Positions 25,848 to 38,452 of a DNA stretch of 64,000 nucleotides are shown here, one piece after another. Both the position numbers and the translations under genes were made by a program. The notes beneath the pieces were generated by a model. That model saw nothing but the letters and a program-made list of their open reading frames with translations, was not told where the DNA came from and did not search any database. Numbering within the stretch: the stretch's first letter is position 1; each line of letters begins with the position of its first letter. The DNA is from Cyanophora paradoxa CCMP329 (Eukaryota; Plantae; Glaucophyta), in the NCBI GenBank assembly GCA_004431415.1, contig QPMI01000138.1, positions 1 through 64,000 of the forward strand. The letters are read 5' to 3'.

Positions 25848-28800
25848 ATGCTCGCGAAGTCCATGCAGACCGCAGCTGGTGCGCGTCGACGTCGTATGCA
25901 TGTATATACATAGACGTGATCATCGATATCGGATGTATATGAACGTAGTGTGCTCACGTGCACGCTTCGAGAGGCTTAGCGCGTACGGTTGCGCAGATCA
26001 ACACGCCGACAAGCTTAAGCCCGCTCTGGGAGTGGTAGCTCCGCGGAAGACGTCGACTGATCATGATAAGCCTGCCAACGTCAAGAAGACTACCGCCGAT
26101 TCGATGCGCGATGAGTACGAGCGACAGCGAGACGAGATCAAGGCCGACAGCGCGGAGTACATCCTCGAGTATCACCTCGATCGCGATTTCCTGGCCAACT
26201 TCGGAGACAGTCGTCGTATTCTGGCTGCATGTGCGCATGCGTTATTGGCGCGCATTCCTTTGCATGCATATGGCATCGACACGGCTGCGGCTAGCTCTGT
26301 ACATGTATGTAATGCTGCGCTGGCGGCTTGCAATTGAGGGCATATGCATAATGCCCGTCTAATGGTTTAATGTTTCGAACTCTGACCGTATACTTTCTCG
26401 GCGCATGCATATACGTATGCGCAGTTGCAGTAGGCGGCCTGATGGTGCGCGCATGCAATTGAAAGACAATGTTAATGCTTTAGTATTCTCATGCCAATTC
26501 TCGAGCTCTTTATAATGAAATGTCACGCTTCGTGTACAGATTTTCTGCATTGTTATGCTAAATCTCCCGTCTGGCGTTTACGAAGATTCCATTCCTGTGA
26601 AGTCTGCGAAGCCGCTCTTCATCTGGAGCGATAACTGTCAGATCGTTCTCGAGCACTCTTCGTACAGCAGAGCTGCAGCTGCGAGCCTCAGGTTGAAAGT
26701 TCAGTACACTCCTTCGCAGTGGCCGATTTCTTTCTACCGCCCGCCTTTGCGATGGTATGGTCCAGATGACCCCGAGTTCCCGAACACGCTCACTGTTCAG
26801 GTGGACCAGTTGAATTTATAATTCCCGAGCTCTAGATCTGGCGCTTAAAGCTTTTTAATATTCGCGCTCAGAATAATCGCAAGAAGAGCGAAGATGCTCC
26901 GAGTGACTTCTCTGAGTGGAGCTGCAAGATTACAGTTTCGGCCGACGGACTGTTTCCCTCAATCCACATTATTTCTGACCCCAGCTTCGGAAATCGTGAC
27001 ATCCTACCTGGGACAGCAGTTCGGAACGGAATAACGAGTTGCGAATCAGAGCGTTCCATCGCCTTTCGTGATGGGGCGGCTCTCTCCCTTCTCGGTACTC
27101 GTACTGTTTGTTTGAGCCTTGATGATTTCAAATAAACTCTGAGTGCTATGAGCGTAGGTCCGGATCTGCACGTCCAGCTCAACTGTCTTCGCGTGTCTGA
27201 GCTCACAGTCGTTGATAAAGGGATCTCTCGGATTTCTATCAAGACAACGGCGCCAGTAAATAAGACAAGTGTCGAGCTACATGCTGGGCACTTCGAATTC
27301 TGGCAGCCGGAACCTTACTGTGCTGTCATCTCCCCTGAAACAAGCTTCTCTTCTTCCGGCGGCGGCGGAGCCTGCTTCTTCGGAGAATCTGTCGAACAGC
27401 GGCCGCAGCAATCCGGTCTTTGGGCTATCGGGCCAACCGATTGCATTCGCTTTGAGACAGTCCCCACCGAACACATCACGCGTGCAAGCAACTCGTCCGT
27501 CTGCTCTTCTATTCAATCTGGGGACCGCAGCGCACAAAACTACTCCCTGTGTTACAATATTACATATTCAACCCATGTTTCATCTTCCATTCATTACTCG
27601 ACTGAAATTAAAGCGAAGTCAGGACTGGCATTCATTCAGCTGGAGTCCGTGCTTGAGTTTGAATTCAACGGCGACAAAAGTAAGGCCTATCACGTCGATT
27701 ACAGGAATTTCCGTCGCGTGCGCATTTTCCCCATGCATAAATGCCAACGTATGCATTTTTACGTGTATTGCGCGATATTGTATCTCCGCAGGAAAGCGAC
27801 TTTGTTATTAAGAAGGACCTCGTCGCTGAGGTAAAGGCGACCGCAAGCGAGTTCGTCCTCACAGAAACGGAAGCCAAAGCTATTCGAGACGCGTTTTTCA
27901 AGGATGGGATTTTCCAGCTCCCAGCGGACTATATTCATCTTGTGCATCGGGGTGAGTCGCTTTCGATTAAATGTAGCAGTGCGCGTGATGATAGCCAGAT
28001 CTATGTTTTCGTTATCCGTTGTGATTGTGAGTGCACATGCATTGCCTGGCAGACCAAACCGCAAACGACGGGCAGTGGCTCATGGTGTCAAACAAGATGT
28101 ACGAGCTAGTTCGCCCTGAGAATCTCGTTCTGATGACTGCCTGGCTGCTGTCGCCGTCCCGCAAGTCGCTTCCCGTCTCTTTGCAACCGCCCTGTCCTCG
28201 GTGGTCAGCCGCGAGCAAGCGCGTCATCAACCCTGCTGCAGTTTTCCCTGCGGATGATCCATTCTTCCATCTCGTTGTGAAGGTATGAAAAACTCTGCTT
28301 CCATTCAATCCCCACTCTCTCTGATTTTAGAGATAGAAAATGGGAAATCCCCGCGAGCTATTCGTCTATCAGAACTCCACGTCTTCCCTTGCTTTGGAAA
28401 ACGAGGGAATAGTTGCTGGCACATCCGACGCTGTGTGGCGTCCAATCAACATGGCTCAACTTCGCATGGAATCGCGGCTGTTCATGGCTTTAATCGTATT
28501 AACTGTACTCCTTGCATTTATCATGTTTTGCATCATCACTCGGGTGGCATTCAGGTGCTAATAATCAAATAAAATTATATTGAATGTATTTTAGAATATG
28601 ATGATGAAGTCCGCAGAATCTCGAGGAGCACCAGCCGAAATTTGATCAACGATGCCAACCGCATCATCAAAGCGTTGAAAGGCTACAAATCTGAAGAGCT
28701 GGGTGCACAGAACCGGAACGGCATTGAATCCGCGGCCGGATCTGGATCGGCCCCTTCCCGAGTATATCCTGCATCAGCTGTGGGATCCGGTGGCGAAGAA

Positions 28801-31488
28801 AAGCTTTCGAAACGACCAAAACCGCATCCGGAAGTCTTGGTTGAGCCGACATTCTTGAGCTCTCTCTGGTGGACGAGCCTTCGATACAGGCTGCTTCTGT
28901 GGATGTGGTCTTTCCTTGTGACGTGTGACACAACCCGCCTGTTTATTCTGACAGACGTCGCGCTGAGGCTCAAGAACATGCAAGACAATGCAAAAGAAAA
29001 AGCTCGCAAGGATGCCGAAGAAATGGGCGACGAATGTGCGAGGGAGGCGCATGCGTTCATAGATGATGTGGAGCAGCAGTCTCCATATGCAAGTAAGTAA
29101 TGTTCATATTCACGTCTAAGGGATATATTAGAATAGATTTGCTTGATCTTACGTGCATTGCAGATGGACACGTGACCGGCCGCGTTTATTCGACTGCAAG
29201 CACGGGCACTGAAGTCAGCGCTAGCGAGGGTGCGTGCACGTGTTATTGATCTCGAATTCACATCGATATATAACAATCAGCGTTTTCAACGGGGGTGGCT
29301 GTACATGTATATATATTCTGTTGATCATGATTCCATTCGCAGGTGAGACTTTGCTACAACAATCGCAACCAGCCTCTTGGTGGAAGCGAGCGCTCCTGTT
29401 ACCGCTGAACACCAGCTTGAAAGTGGACATCATGTCGTTCGTTTTACATCTTGGGATCATCGTCTTGCCAACATTACCGATTCTTGTCGCGACCTGGGGA
29501 TACAGCCAAACTGCCCGCGATTTTGACTTCGTGACGGGAACAACCGATGCGCGCAGTGTAGATAGCGCTAGTGGGCACGCGCGCGCATTCGCTGGCGCCT
29601 CTCGGACATCGGTCGGAATTTACTTTTGCAACGGAGTTGCGCTCGTCTACTACTACGTCCAAAATGTCTCGTACGTCCACGCTCTCAAAGTAAAGGTATG
29701 CCCCTATGCACAACTTGAAAACATGACATTTCCTCCGTAGCGCTAATTAATACTTATATTTATCTTCATGCTACAGTATTCAGGACTTCACAGTAAAATG
29801 CACGGTTTTTGGGGCCTTTGCCGAGTATGCATCACAGCTGGCTTGTTCGGATGGATCGTCGCCCTCATTATATCTCTCGTGGGCGCGAGCGTCATGTTTT
29901 TGTGGGTGTCGCTTGGTTCGTGCTTAAGCTTCATTTATCTTATCAAATGCAGCTAAAAAGAATTCAAACTTAAAGAGAGCAATTACGCGTGTGCAGGCGT
30001 GATCTTAAAGCCGGAACGCGTGATTCCTATTTGCATCGGTAAATACAGGCTGCCTTCATAATCTTAATGTCTCATGTATGAGCGTTGTTACAGCTATCAT
30101 CTCATTTTTCTGGCACATATGGCGTTTCTGGGGATTCCTTAAGCGTCTGAGTGGACAAATCACAGCAGAAGTGAACAAAGCACGCAATCTTCTGAAGGAC
30201 GTTGCCACCGATTTGAGAAAGATTCACAACGCGATACTTGCGAACGGCTACAAATTTGATCAGTTACAATTGAATGGCTCCGACAGCGCCCAAAAGTCAT
30301 CGAATTCGAAGTCCGACAGTGAACACGCTCGTCGGAAAGCCCTGTTAGAATTACTAATCAGCGACAAGAACCGTTGGAGGAAGCTTCTTCTGGAGAAAGT
30401 TCGCCAGAGACTGCGTCAGCAGAGCGCTGTTGCGAATGTAGAGCAAGTTGCGCAAGAAATCTTCTTGGAAGTGCAGCAGCAGTTGACTGTGCTGGATACT
30501 GCGCAAGCGGATCTCGCTAAAGTCGACGTCGCTTCCAAGGCTCAGGACTCTGAACCCAAAAAGGCCGAGATCCCCGCAAGTGAGCAGCTGTACATCATAA
30601 TTAGCTGTAATACTCGAAGATATAATGCGTGAGAGTAATCGCGTACAGGCCTCGACTCGCAGATTCAGACGATACAGAAAATTATCGGCACCCTTCTTGG
30701 CGAGAGGAAGGTTTCAGCGGTGCACAAGTTCTTCGCGGCGGAAGAGCGCTGCCCGTGAGCAGTCTCGATCTCTCGCATCGCTTTTCGTTTCCTCGCAGCT
30801 AACCAAGCTAACCTCGCAGTCTGGGAGACATCAGTCTCTTGTATGAAAGCTGTCTCTTCCTCTGCCTGTTCCTCATCTTCATCTTTGTGGGAATCGCGGT
30901 GAGCTCGCTGAAGCGCCCCCGCTGCCTCCGGATCCGATGATCGCCTCTTGCGTCTCGCTTGATTCTCGAATGGCTTCAGGCCTTCGGAGTGCCAGGATAC
31001 ATCACGACGGCCATAAACAGTATTCTTGCGGCCGGAGCAGCTTTCTTCGTGAATCGAAACTCAACCTCGCGGGTGCGCTCACCGATATATATCGTCCTCT
31101 TTTCTCGAGTTCGTACGAATACGTATGCCTGCTCCGCGGTGGCACGCAGGCGCTCTCCGCGGTGGACGACAGCGTGCAGGCCGGGATGAGCCACGTCGAG
31201 GCTGCCTCCAAGCGCCTCCTCGCGAAACTGGACGAGGCGTTCGCCAGCTTGAACGCGTACCGCAGCTCCGCCACCACGATCGGGCTCGTCTATGCAGCGC
31301 TCGTCGAAGTCGGCTCGCTCATCGAGCAGGAGGTCGCCGAGCAGCTCAAGCCGAAGCCGAAGCCAAAGGATCCAGAGCGGCGGCTGTCGGCCCGGACAGC
31401 ATGGACGGCCGCCGCGCCTGCAGGCCTAGGCGTAGCTGCAGCGGGCGCCTTGCAATCGGAATCCAAGGACGATATCTGCAAAGCTTAA
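25848..31488 (+). CDS. Uncharacterised large multipass membrane protein, lower GC than neighbours, multi-exon; boundaries uncertain
   Basis: Long non-repetitive open exons (26555-26800, 27148-27680, 28642-29090, 30078-30580) and hydrophobic segments: LFMALIVLTVLLAFIMFCII, FVLHLGIIVLPTLPILVATW, GLFGWIVALIISLVGASVMFLWVSL, CLFLCLFLIFIFVGIA/AFGVPGYITTAINSILAAGAAF. Confidence 0.6.
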
Positions 31489-32092
31489 ATTAAACCAGCT
31501 AGGATCAAGTGATATTCTTTGACATTGAACGATTTTTCGCATTTGACAAGTAGACAGAATTTTGGTTTATCGAGTCTCGTTTATATATATATATAATTAT
31601 GTGTGTAAGCGTACTACGGTACACGTACGCGCGCTGGCGATGTCGATGTCTTGATCTCTTTCAGATATACTTGTACCGTACATACATGTTTCCGTTCGGC
31701 GCGGTACTAAAGTATGCCCATGCATGTTTCAGATTTCAGATGTCAGAATCGATTCAGGATTATAATTATATCATAATATACATCATTTGCATCCACAAGA
31801 CGGACTACGGACAGGCTATGGATGCTATGATGCTGTGGTGCTGAAAGAGCGAGTAACTGCCGGTGAGCGAGTAGTAAATGGTGGTGGGCGGACGGGGAAG
31901 AGGGTGGTGGTGGCTATAGTTGGGTGAAAGATGCGGGTGTCGGCAGTGTTGAGGGGGGGAGGGGGGGGTATGTCGTTGTTGGAGGGGACGAGGGCTAGGC
32001 GGCAGAGAGAGAGAAAGAAAAGAGAGAAGAAGGGACGAGGCTACAGGATTACTGGGAGGCTGGATCATACGCGGGGCAGGCCTAACCTAATA

Positions 32093-32770
32093 CTAGGGGC
32101 CCGGCCGCGATTCTCGCGCCGGGGGTGCAAGGGGGGAATTGGGATCTAATGAAAGAGTCGTAGTGGCACGAACATGCAAGGGGCAGATCTAGATCGACCC
32201 CGGCCCAGCGCGCGCGGCAGTGAGAGAGAAGATGGTTTTCCCCTCGAAAACCACCTTTCGATTCGCGAGTTCGAGAGAGCTCTCGCGAGCTAGGCGGCCG
32301 GCAAGCTTGATGCAGTGACAAGTAGTCCACGCGGCACGGGTACCATGCAGCGTACGCGGCGCAGTGCGAGTAAGCGGAAATCTAGAGGAGATCGAGCAAG
32401 ACAGCTAGGGAGAAGTGGTTCCATGCAGAACCGCGCAACGAAGAGCAAGGCGTACGCGACGCACTGCGAGGAAGCCGAAATCTAGAGGAGACAGCTAGCT
32501 ATAGGGAGAACTGGTTCCATGCAGAACCGCGCAAGGAATTCGAAGACCGGAATGACAGAGAAGTTGGTTTCCAGGATTCAAGGCGAGAGAAAACTGGTCT
32601 TCGCCCTCGAAAACCCCTTTTTGCATGGACGGCCGCAGCGACAAACACGTGTCGCAACCCAATTTTGGCACATTTTTGTTGCAAACTGGACCTCGAAAAC
32701 GGCCTCATAGAAAAATTTTGGCTGAAGCGAGGGAACGGGAAGCAAGGGGGTCCCCTTCCCCCCTTGTATA
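32093..32770 (-). mobile_element. Non-autonomous Helentron/DINE-1-like rolling-circle element, short copy
   Basis: Both ends are homologous (inverted) to 49984-52244. On the minus strand it has 5' caagggggg, a subterminal ccccccttgca, a 3' hairpin cgcga-gaa-tcgcg and then CTAG-T, with an internal minisatellite at about 32340-32540. Confidence 0.7.
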
Positions 32771-32795
32771 ATCGGGGGGGCAGGTCCAAAAACAA

Positions 32796-35700
32796 TTACA
32801 TTTGCATCATCGGGGGGGCCTCGAGCTCGAGCTCCCCCGCGGCGGCGGCGGCGAGGGCGGCGTCGCGTAGGGAGCAGAGGCGGGCGACGCGGGGGTGCGC
32901 CCCCCCGAAGACGAGGGGCCAGCGGCCCCGCAGCAGCGCCAGCGACTCGGCGAAGCACGCCGCCGCCGCCCCGTGCGCCCCTGCCGGCCGGCCCGTCTTA
33001 GAAGGGGCCGGGCAGGGGAGGCGGGGGCGGGCGGGGCGGCCGGGCACCGGCGCGCTGGTGGAGCTCGCCGTAGCGGGCGAGGGCGTGGGCGCGCAGGGGC
33101 GTCGCGTCGCGCGGGTCCGAGCGCTGCGCGGGGCGCCGGGCGGCGTTCAGAGAATTCAAGCAAGGGAGGGCGCGCGCGCGCGCGGCTCCTCGAGCTCGCC
33201 TTTATGAGCGCGAGCACGAGCCGGAAGAGGCGGGCCAGCGTCTGCGGCCTGCGGGCGGGGCCGGCCCGGTCGGCGGCGCGCGAGCGGGGGAGCTCGAGCC
33301 CGCAGCAGCGCACGAGTGGATCTCGTTACCGTCGCCGCGGCCGATCCGCATGCAGTGGTCCCTGCGGGGCGACGTGAGGGCCCGGCCGGCCAGCCCGAAA
33401 ACGGGGCCCCCGCGGATTCGAACCCGAGGAGCGACGCGACGTCCCAGAAGACGTCTCCGGGGCCGCTGCAGGCCTCCTGCGGGGAAGGCCGGGCGGGCTT
33501 AAGACTCCGCGATGGACCGTGCCGCGTCGGACCTGGCCGGGCGGGCGGGCGGGCGGGCGGGCGGGCGGGCGCCCACCTGCAGCAGACCGAAGGCGCGCGC
33601 CCAGCTCCTTAGGGCCGCCACAAACATGCCTCCTGCGCGGGGCCGTCGGGAGGGGGCGCGGGGGTTTCGGCGCGGGCCGGGCCGCACGGGTGTGGAGGCA
33701 GCCAACTGCCTTCGAGAAGAGGGCCCACGCGAGGAGGCCCTTCGCCGCTCCCGACCGCGGCGCCAGGCCCTGCCCCGCCCTCGTACGATCAGCCAGCGCG
33801 GCGCCAAGAGAGGTCGGCCGCGCGGCCGGCCCGCGCTCGCCTCGAGCGCGTCGACGGCGGCGTCGATGAAGGGCGCCGCGCCGGAGAAGTCGCCCCGCAC
33901 GCTCCGCACCACCGCTGCGGGGGAGGCCGGGGGTCAGGGGGAGGGGGGCGGAGTGGAAGGGAGGGTGCAGGGGGGTACAGAGAGTCTGAAGGCTGACGGC
34001 CCTGTCGACGAGGTCCTCGTCCCCCCCTTCTAACCTGGGGGACCGGTGTTCAGAGGTGAACGGGGGGGAGTCCCGGGGAGGGAGGAGGGGGGGGGCGGGG
34101 GACGGGGGTACCAGTAGACGCGGTTCTCGATGCTCGCGGCCTGGGGCGTGTGCCCGGGTACGCGGAGGCCGAGGAGGAGGCAGCTGCGGACGAGGCGCGC
34201 CTCGACGCGGGAGGGGTACAGGCGGTGCCGGATGGCGCGGGCTCGGCCCTCGTAGCAGAGCTCGAGGGCCCTCGCCTCCTGCCCCGCCTGCATCGCGAGC
34301 ACCGCCCGGCGGTACAGCAGCTCGCAGCACGCCAGCGGCGCCTGCGCGGCGCGGCCGTCAGGATTAGAAAGCTTAAGCTCGGGTCGGGCCTGGAGGCGGC
34401 GGGGGCACCGCGTCCTCGTGCCAGACCAGGAGTCTCCCCGCCTTCTCCAGGAGCTGGGGGGGTACGCATTGCGTCAGGACGCGTTTGGGTGAGCAGGGGG
34501 GTACGCCCACTCGCCTCGGCGGCGTGCTGGGGGCGCATGGGGAGCAGGTCTGCCGGCGCGAGACCCATCCACGACGTCACTGTACCCGTCGCCGTCAGAA
34601 AGCGGCGTGGCCCGGCCGCGAAGGGGGGAAGGGGTACGGCCAACCCGCCGTGACAAACTCCATGATACCCGTCGCCTCCAGCGCGGCCTCCTCGCTGCAA
34701 GGGCGCGGGCGTGAGGAAGAGGGCCGGAGCCGAGCTCGGCCCGCGAGGCCGGCGGCGCGCACGGGTCGGGGGTCGGGGGCAGGGCGAGCAGGCGCGCGCG
34801 GTGGGCCTGGAGGACCGCCTCGACCTGCCCCGCGGCCGGTCGGACCGCGGCGCGGCGTGGAAGGCGCGAGCGGGGCGGGGCGGGGCGGGGCGGGGCGCAC
34901 GACGGCGCGCTGCCCGGCCTCCTCCAGACGGCAGAGGATCGTCTGTACCCCTGCCGAGCGAGCGCGCGGGTCACGATCGCGGGCTGAAGAAGGGGGGGGG
35001 GAAGGCGGGAGAGGGTACAGGGCGCACGGAAGCAGCCCTCGAAGGAATGGAAGAGCTCCGTCCCGAGGAGCCGGGGGTCCGACAGGGCCTGAGGGGCAAA
35101 GCGGGTCAGGAATCCGGAAGCGGAGAGCGGGGCGCGGGCCCGAGGCGCGGGGGGCGGAGAGCGGGATGGCGCACCGAGGCGAGGGCGGCGAGGACAGGGG
35201 GAGATCTCAGGGCGTCTGGGGAGCTGTACGCCGCCTGGAGCTGGGCCGCCGCGAGTCAGGGGCGCAGCGGCGCGGGCGCGAATCCGAAGGCCGTACCCGG
35301 GAGAGCGCCGCGTCGGCCTCGGCTTTGGAAGGGCGCAGAAAGGCCTGGCGGGGCGGTGAGTCCGGCCGGCGGGCACAGCAAACCGGGGCCAAGCGCGCGC
35401 ACGGCAGAGCCGAGGGGCGGCAGATCAGGGGACATAAAGGGGCCGGGGACCCAGCTGCAGGAGACCGGCGCCGAGACGGCAGGGGACCTGTGCGGCGCCG
35501 GCGTGAGACGGTGCACTCACCCCTGCAGGCCATGGAAAAGGGGTACAGTTGCTCGGCACGATCATCGATGTCGGGCTCGCAGGGGTATGCGATCCTGCCT
35601 AGCTCCTGCTCCATCTCGCTGAGGATCTGGGGTACACAAAACGTCAGATGGATCGGGCCCCAGCTCCGGCATCGCGGGGTGTGCGGCTCGCCTTCGAAAA

Positions 35701-36889
35701 GTGGTCGGCCCGCGCCGCGTGGGATGGAGCCTGCCGTGACGTCTCGAAAGGGGAGGGGGAATGAACGACGCGGCAGGGGTACGTGGCACACCGGATAGAG
35801 CTCCTCGAGGTCGATGGCGTCGTCTGACCATGAGCACGGGTCCTCACTGCGGCCAGGCCCGCGTGAGGCGGCAGGAGGGAGGGAAGCAAGAGCCCCCCCT
35901 TCCCCCCTCCTCCTCTCTCTCTAAGGGCCCGCGCACAAATGTGGCCAGTCGACGGCGCGTTCGAAGACCTGCGATGTACCCCCCACGCGTCAAAACTCTG
36001 TACCCGGGCGACGGGCAGGAGCGCGTGCGCGTGCGCACTTCGTCGCTGGAGCCGTCGTTGGAGGTCTCCTCGAGCTCCGTTGCCGGAGAGGGGTACGACG
36101 AGGAGGACGCGGGGGAGTGGGGTACGACTCCGAAGTCCAAGGGGTCGGCGATGGGGCCGTCGGCGCGGCGCGGGGGGGAACGGGGCTCGGCGGGCCACGC
36201 GGGCGGGGCGATCCCGTCCAAGCTCGGGATCGAACTCGAGGGAGGGGGCAACACCAGCGCGGGCTCGAACGTCAGGGGCGGCTGCGGCTGCGGCGGCGCC
36301 GGCGGCGCCGGCTCCGGTCTGCCGGCGCGCGCGTCGCGTCAGCCGGCGCCGTGGGCGAGCGCCCGGCGCGAGCGAGCGCACTCCGACGCCGGCTGGGCGC
36401 CGTGCGTCCTCGGGCTCGACCCCCGCCTGCCGCGCTTGCCGAGCCCGCCGCCCGCCGCGAATGAATCGGGCGGCTCCGCCGCCACCGCCGCCTCTTCTAT
36501 GCCAGCGGCGAACGCGCCGTCGTCGGAGGCGGCGTCCCCCGAGCCGCGGCGGTCTCCTGCGGGCGCGGGGGCCGGTGAGCGGGCGGAAACCGGCGGAAGT
36601 CTCGCCCGCGGCCGCGCACGGGGCTTCCGGGCCAGCACGGAGCACTCCAGGCGCCCCGGGACGTCGACGAAGCGCGGCGGCCCGCCCGGATTCGTGTCCA
36701 CGGCGACGCGCAGCGCGAAGGGCCGCCGCTCGTGCCGGAACTGGGGCCCGCTGAGCGGAGGGCGGGGCGGGGGCGGGGCCGGGAGATCTAGAGGCCTGCG
36801 GGGCGGGAGGCACCGACGTGGCGAGGATGCCGAAGGTGCCGACGGTCTCGCCGTCGGCCCCCAAGCGCAGCAGGACCTGCGGCCGCGCT

Positions 36890-36921
<32 letters not shown>

Positions 36922-38055
36922 TTCGGGGCGGAGGAACGGGCGGCGCGCCTCGGTGCAGGGGGCCGGCCCGCGCGAGGCGAGCGGGCTCTGCAGCTGCGAG
37001 GCCAGGTCGTGGTAGGCGAGGAGCGGCGGCGCGTCGGGGTCCGACAGCTGAAGGGCCCCGGGCCCGCCCGCGATTTGATCCTCGGCTGCGCGCGCGCGCG
37101 CGTGCGAGCGCGGAGCAGCGCGTCTGAGCGGGACGCCACAATACATACGGTCAGGATCGCGAGGAGCCTTTGAGCTTACGCGGCAGAGACTTTCGACGTT
37201 TTCCATCTGCGAGCGCGAGCAGCGTCTGAGCTCGAAAGCTATACTTGAACGAAAAGCTCAAAGGGACGCGTACAGCGGTCGGGGCGGCCTGCAGCTGTGA
37301 GTACGGCTTCCCCGGTGTCTGCGACCGCGGCCGGCCTCTTAGAAATCGAGACGCGCACGCAGCAGGCTAGCCGGACCGAGAGGCGTACCGGCGAACGCCA
37401 ATGTTACTCTTAGCGTAGCGCCCTGCCAGGCTGCACACGCCTGCGGATCGCAGACCACCAGGCTGGCCATGGCCATGGCATCGATTCAAACGATTGATTG
37501 ATCGCACGCGCAGAGGGTCTTGACCTCACCGCAGTTTATACTGCCGCAGGGACAGCAGCGAGTAGCGCGCACCGCTCCCGCCCCGCAGCGGAACGTATGG
37601 AGCGTCCACGAAGGCTGCACGAAGCGGTCCAGAACGTAAGCTTAGCGAAAGCTCGCGTACGAGCCACACGCGCACGCGAAGAGATGTTCTGTCCTCTCCG
37701 TTGGACGACGACAAAGGCCGCGATCGCCGCCGAGCCCGCCATGGCCGCAGCTGAGCGTGATATGGAAGGCAGCTGCGGGAGCTCCAGCGCTTGGTGAGGG
37801 CGCGCGCTGCGCATGCTGCTCGACGCATGCGCGGTCCTGTCTCGCGAGCTCTGACCAGTGCTGCCTATCTTCAGGGTTTGCGGCGTTTGCGCTGGGCACG
37901 GAAGTTTTGACCGCCCGCGCGCAGCATCGCTGAAGGGAGCTAGGGAGCTGGAGCGCATTCATACTGCAATTGGAGCGCATGAACCGAATTCGAAGGAGCA
38001 TCTCCAATTCAAAGGGGTAGAGCCTGAATTGGTGGGAGGGATCCAGGCCATTCAC
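32796..38055 (-). CDS. Uncharacterised protein with C-terminal TPR-like helical repeats, multi-exon; start uncertain
   Basis: Spliceable exons such as QEARALELCYEGRARAIRHRL, RAVSLQTLAVVRSVRGDFSGAAPFIDAAVDALE and GAAACFAESLALLRG..FGGAHPRVARL (kinesin-light-chain-like TPR ending). Confidence 0.55.
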
Positions 38056-38452
38056 GGGTATTCATATTCAGCGCTGTTGCCGGCGCCCTGCGAATTCGAA
38101 ATTAATATTGAACCTGAATTCGAATTCGAAGCCTGAAGGTCGCAAAGACAGCTGCGAGCTGCGCATCCATGGCCAGCTGGCAGCTGCACTGCGGCATGCG
38201 CGCACACATGCACACATCTGTAGCTAGATCTAGATCTAGATTTAGCGATATCGATATCTAGGGCTAGCTATAGCTAGCGCTATCGGCAGCCCCCGCGCGG
38301 CCGCGCGCCGCCCCGCGCAACGTACGCGTACATGTATTCGCGTACGTAGCAAACCCCTAGAAGGCGCAGCCCCAAAGAGCTCAAGCTCGAGGCACAAACT
38401 TCAGCTTGCGTGAAGCGATGCCTTAATGTCGCCCAAGCATATAATGTCGCCC

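Noticed and set aside
32081-32090. cctaacctaa telomere-like repeat
   Set aside because: Only two units; chance level.
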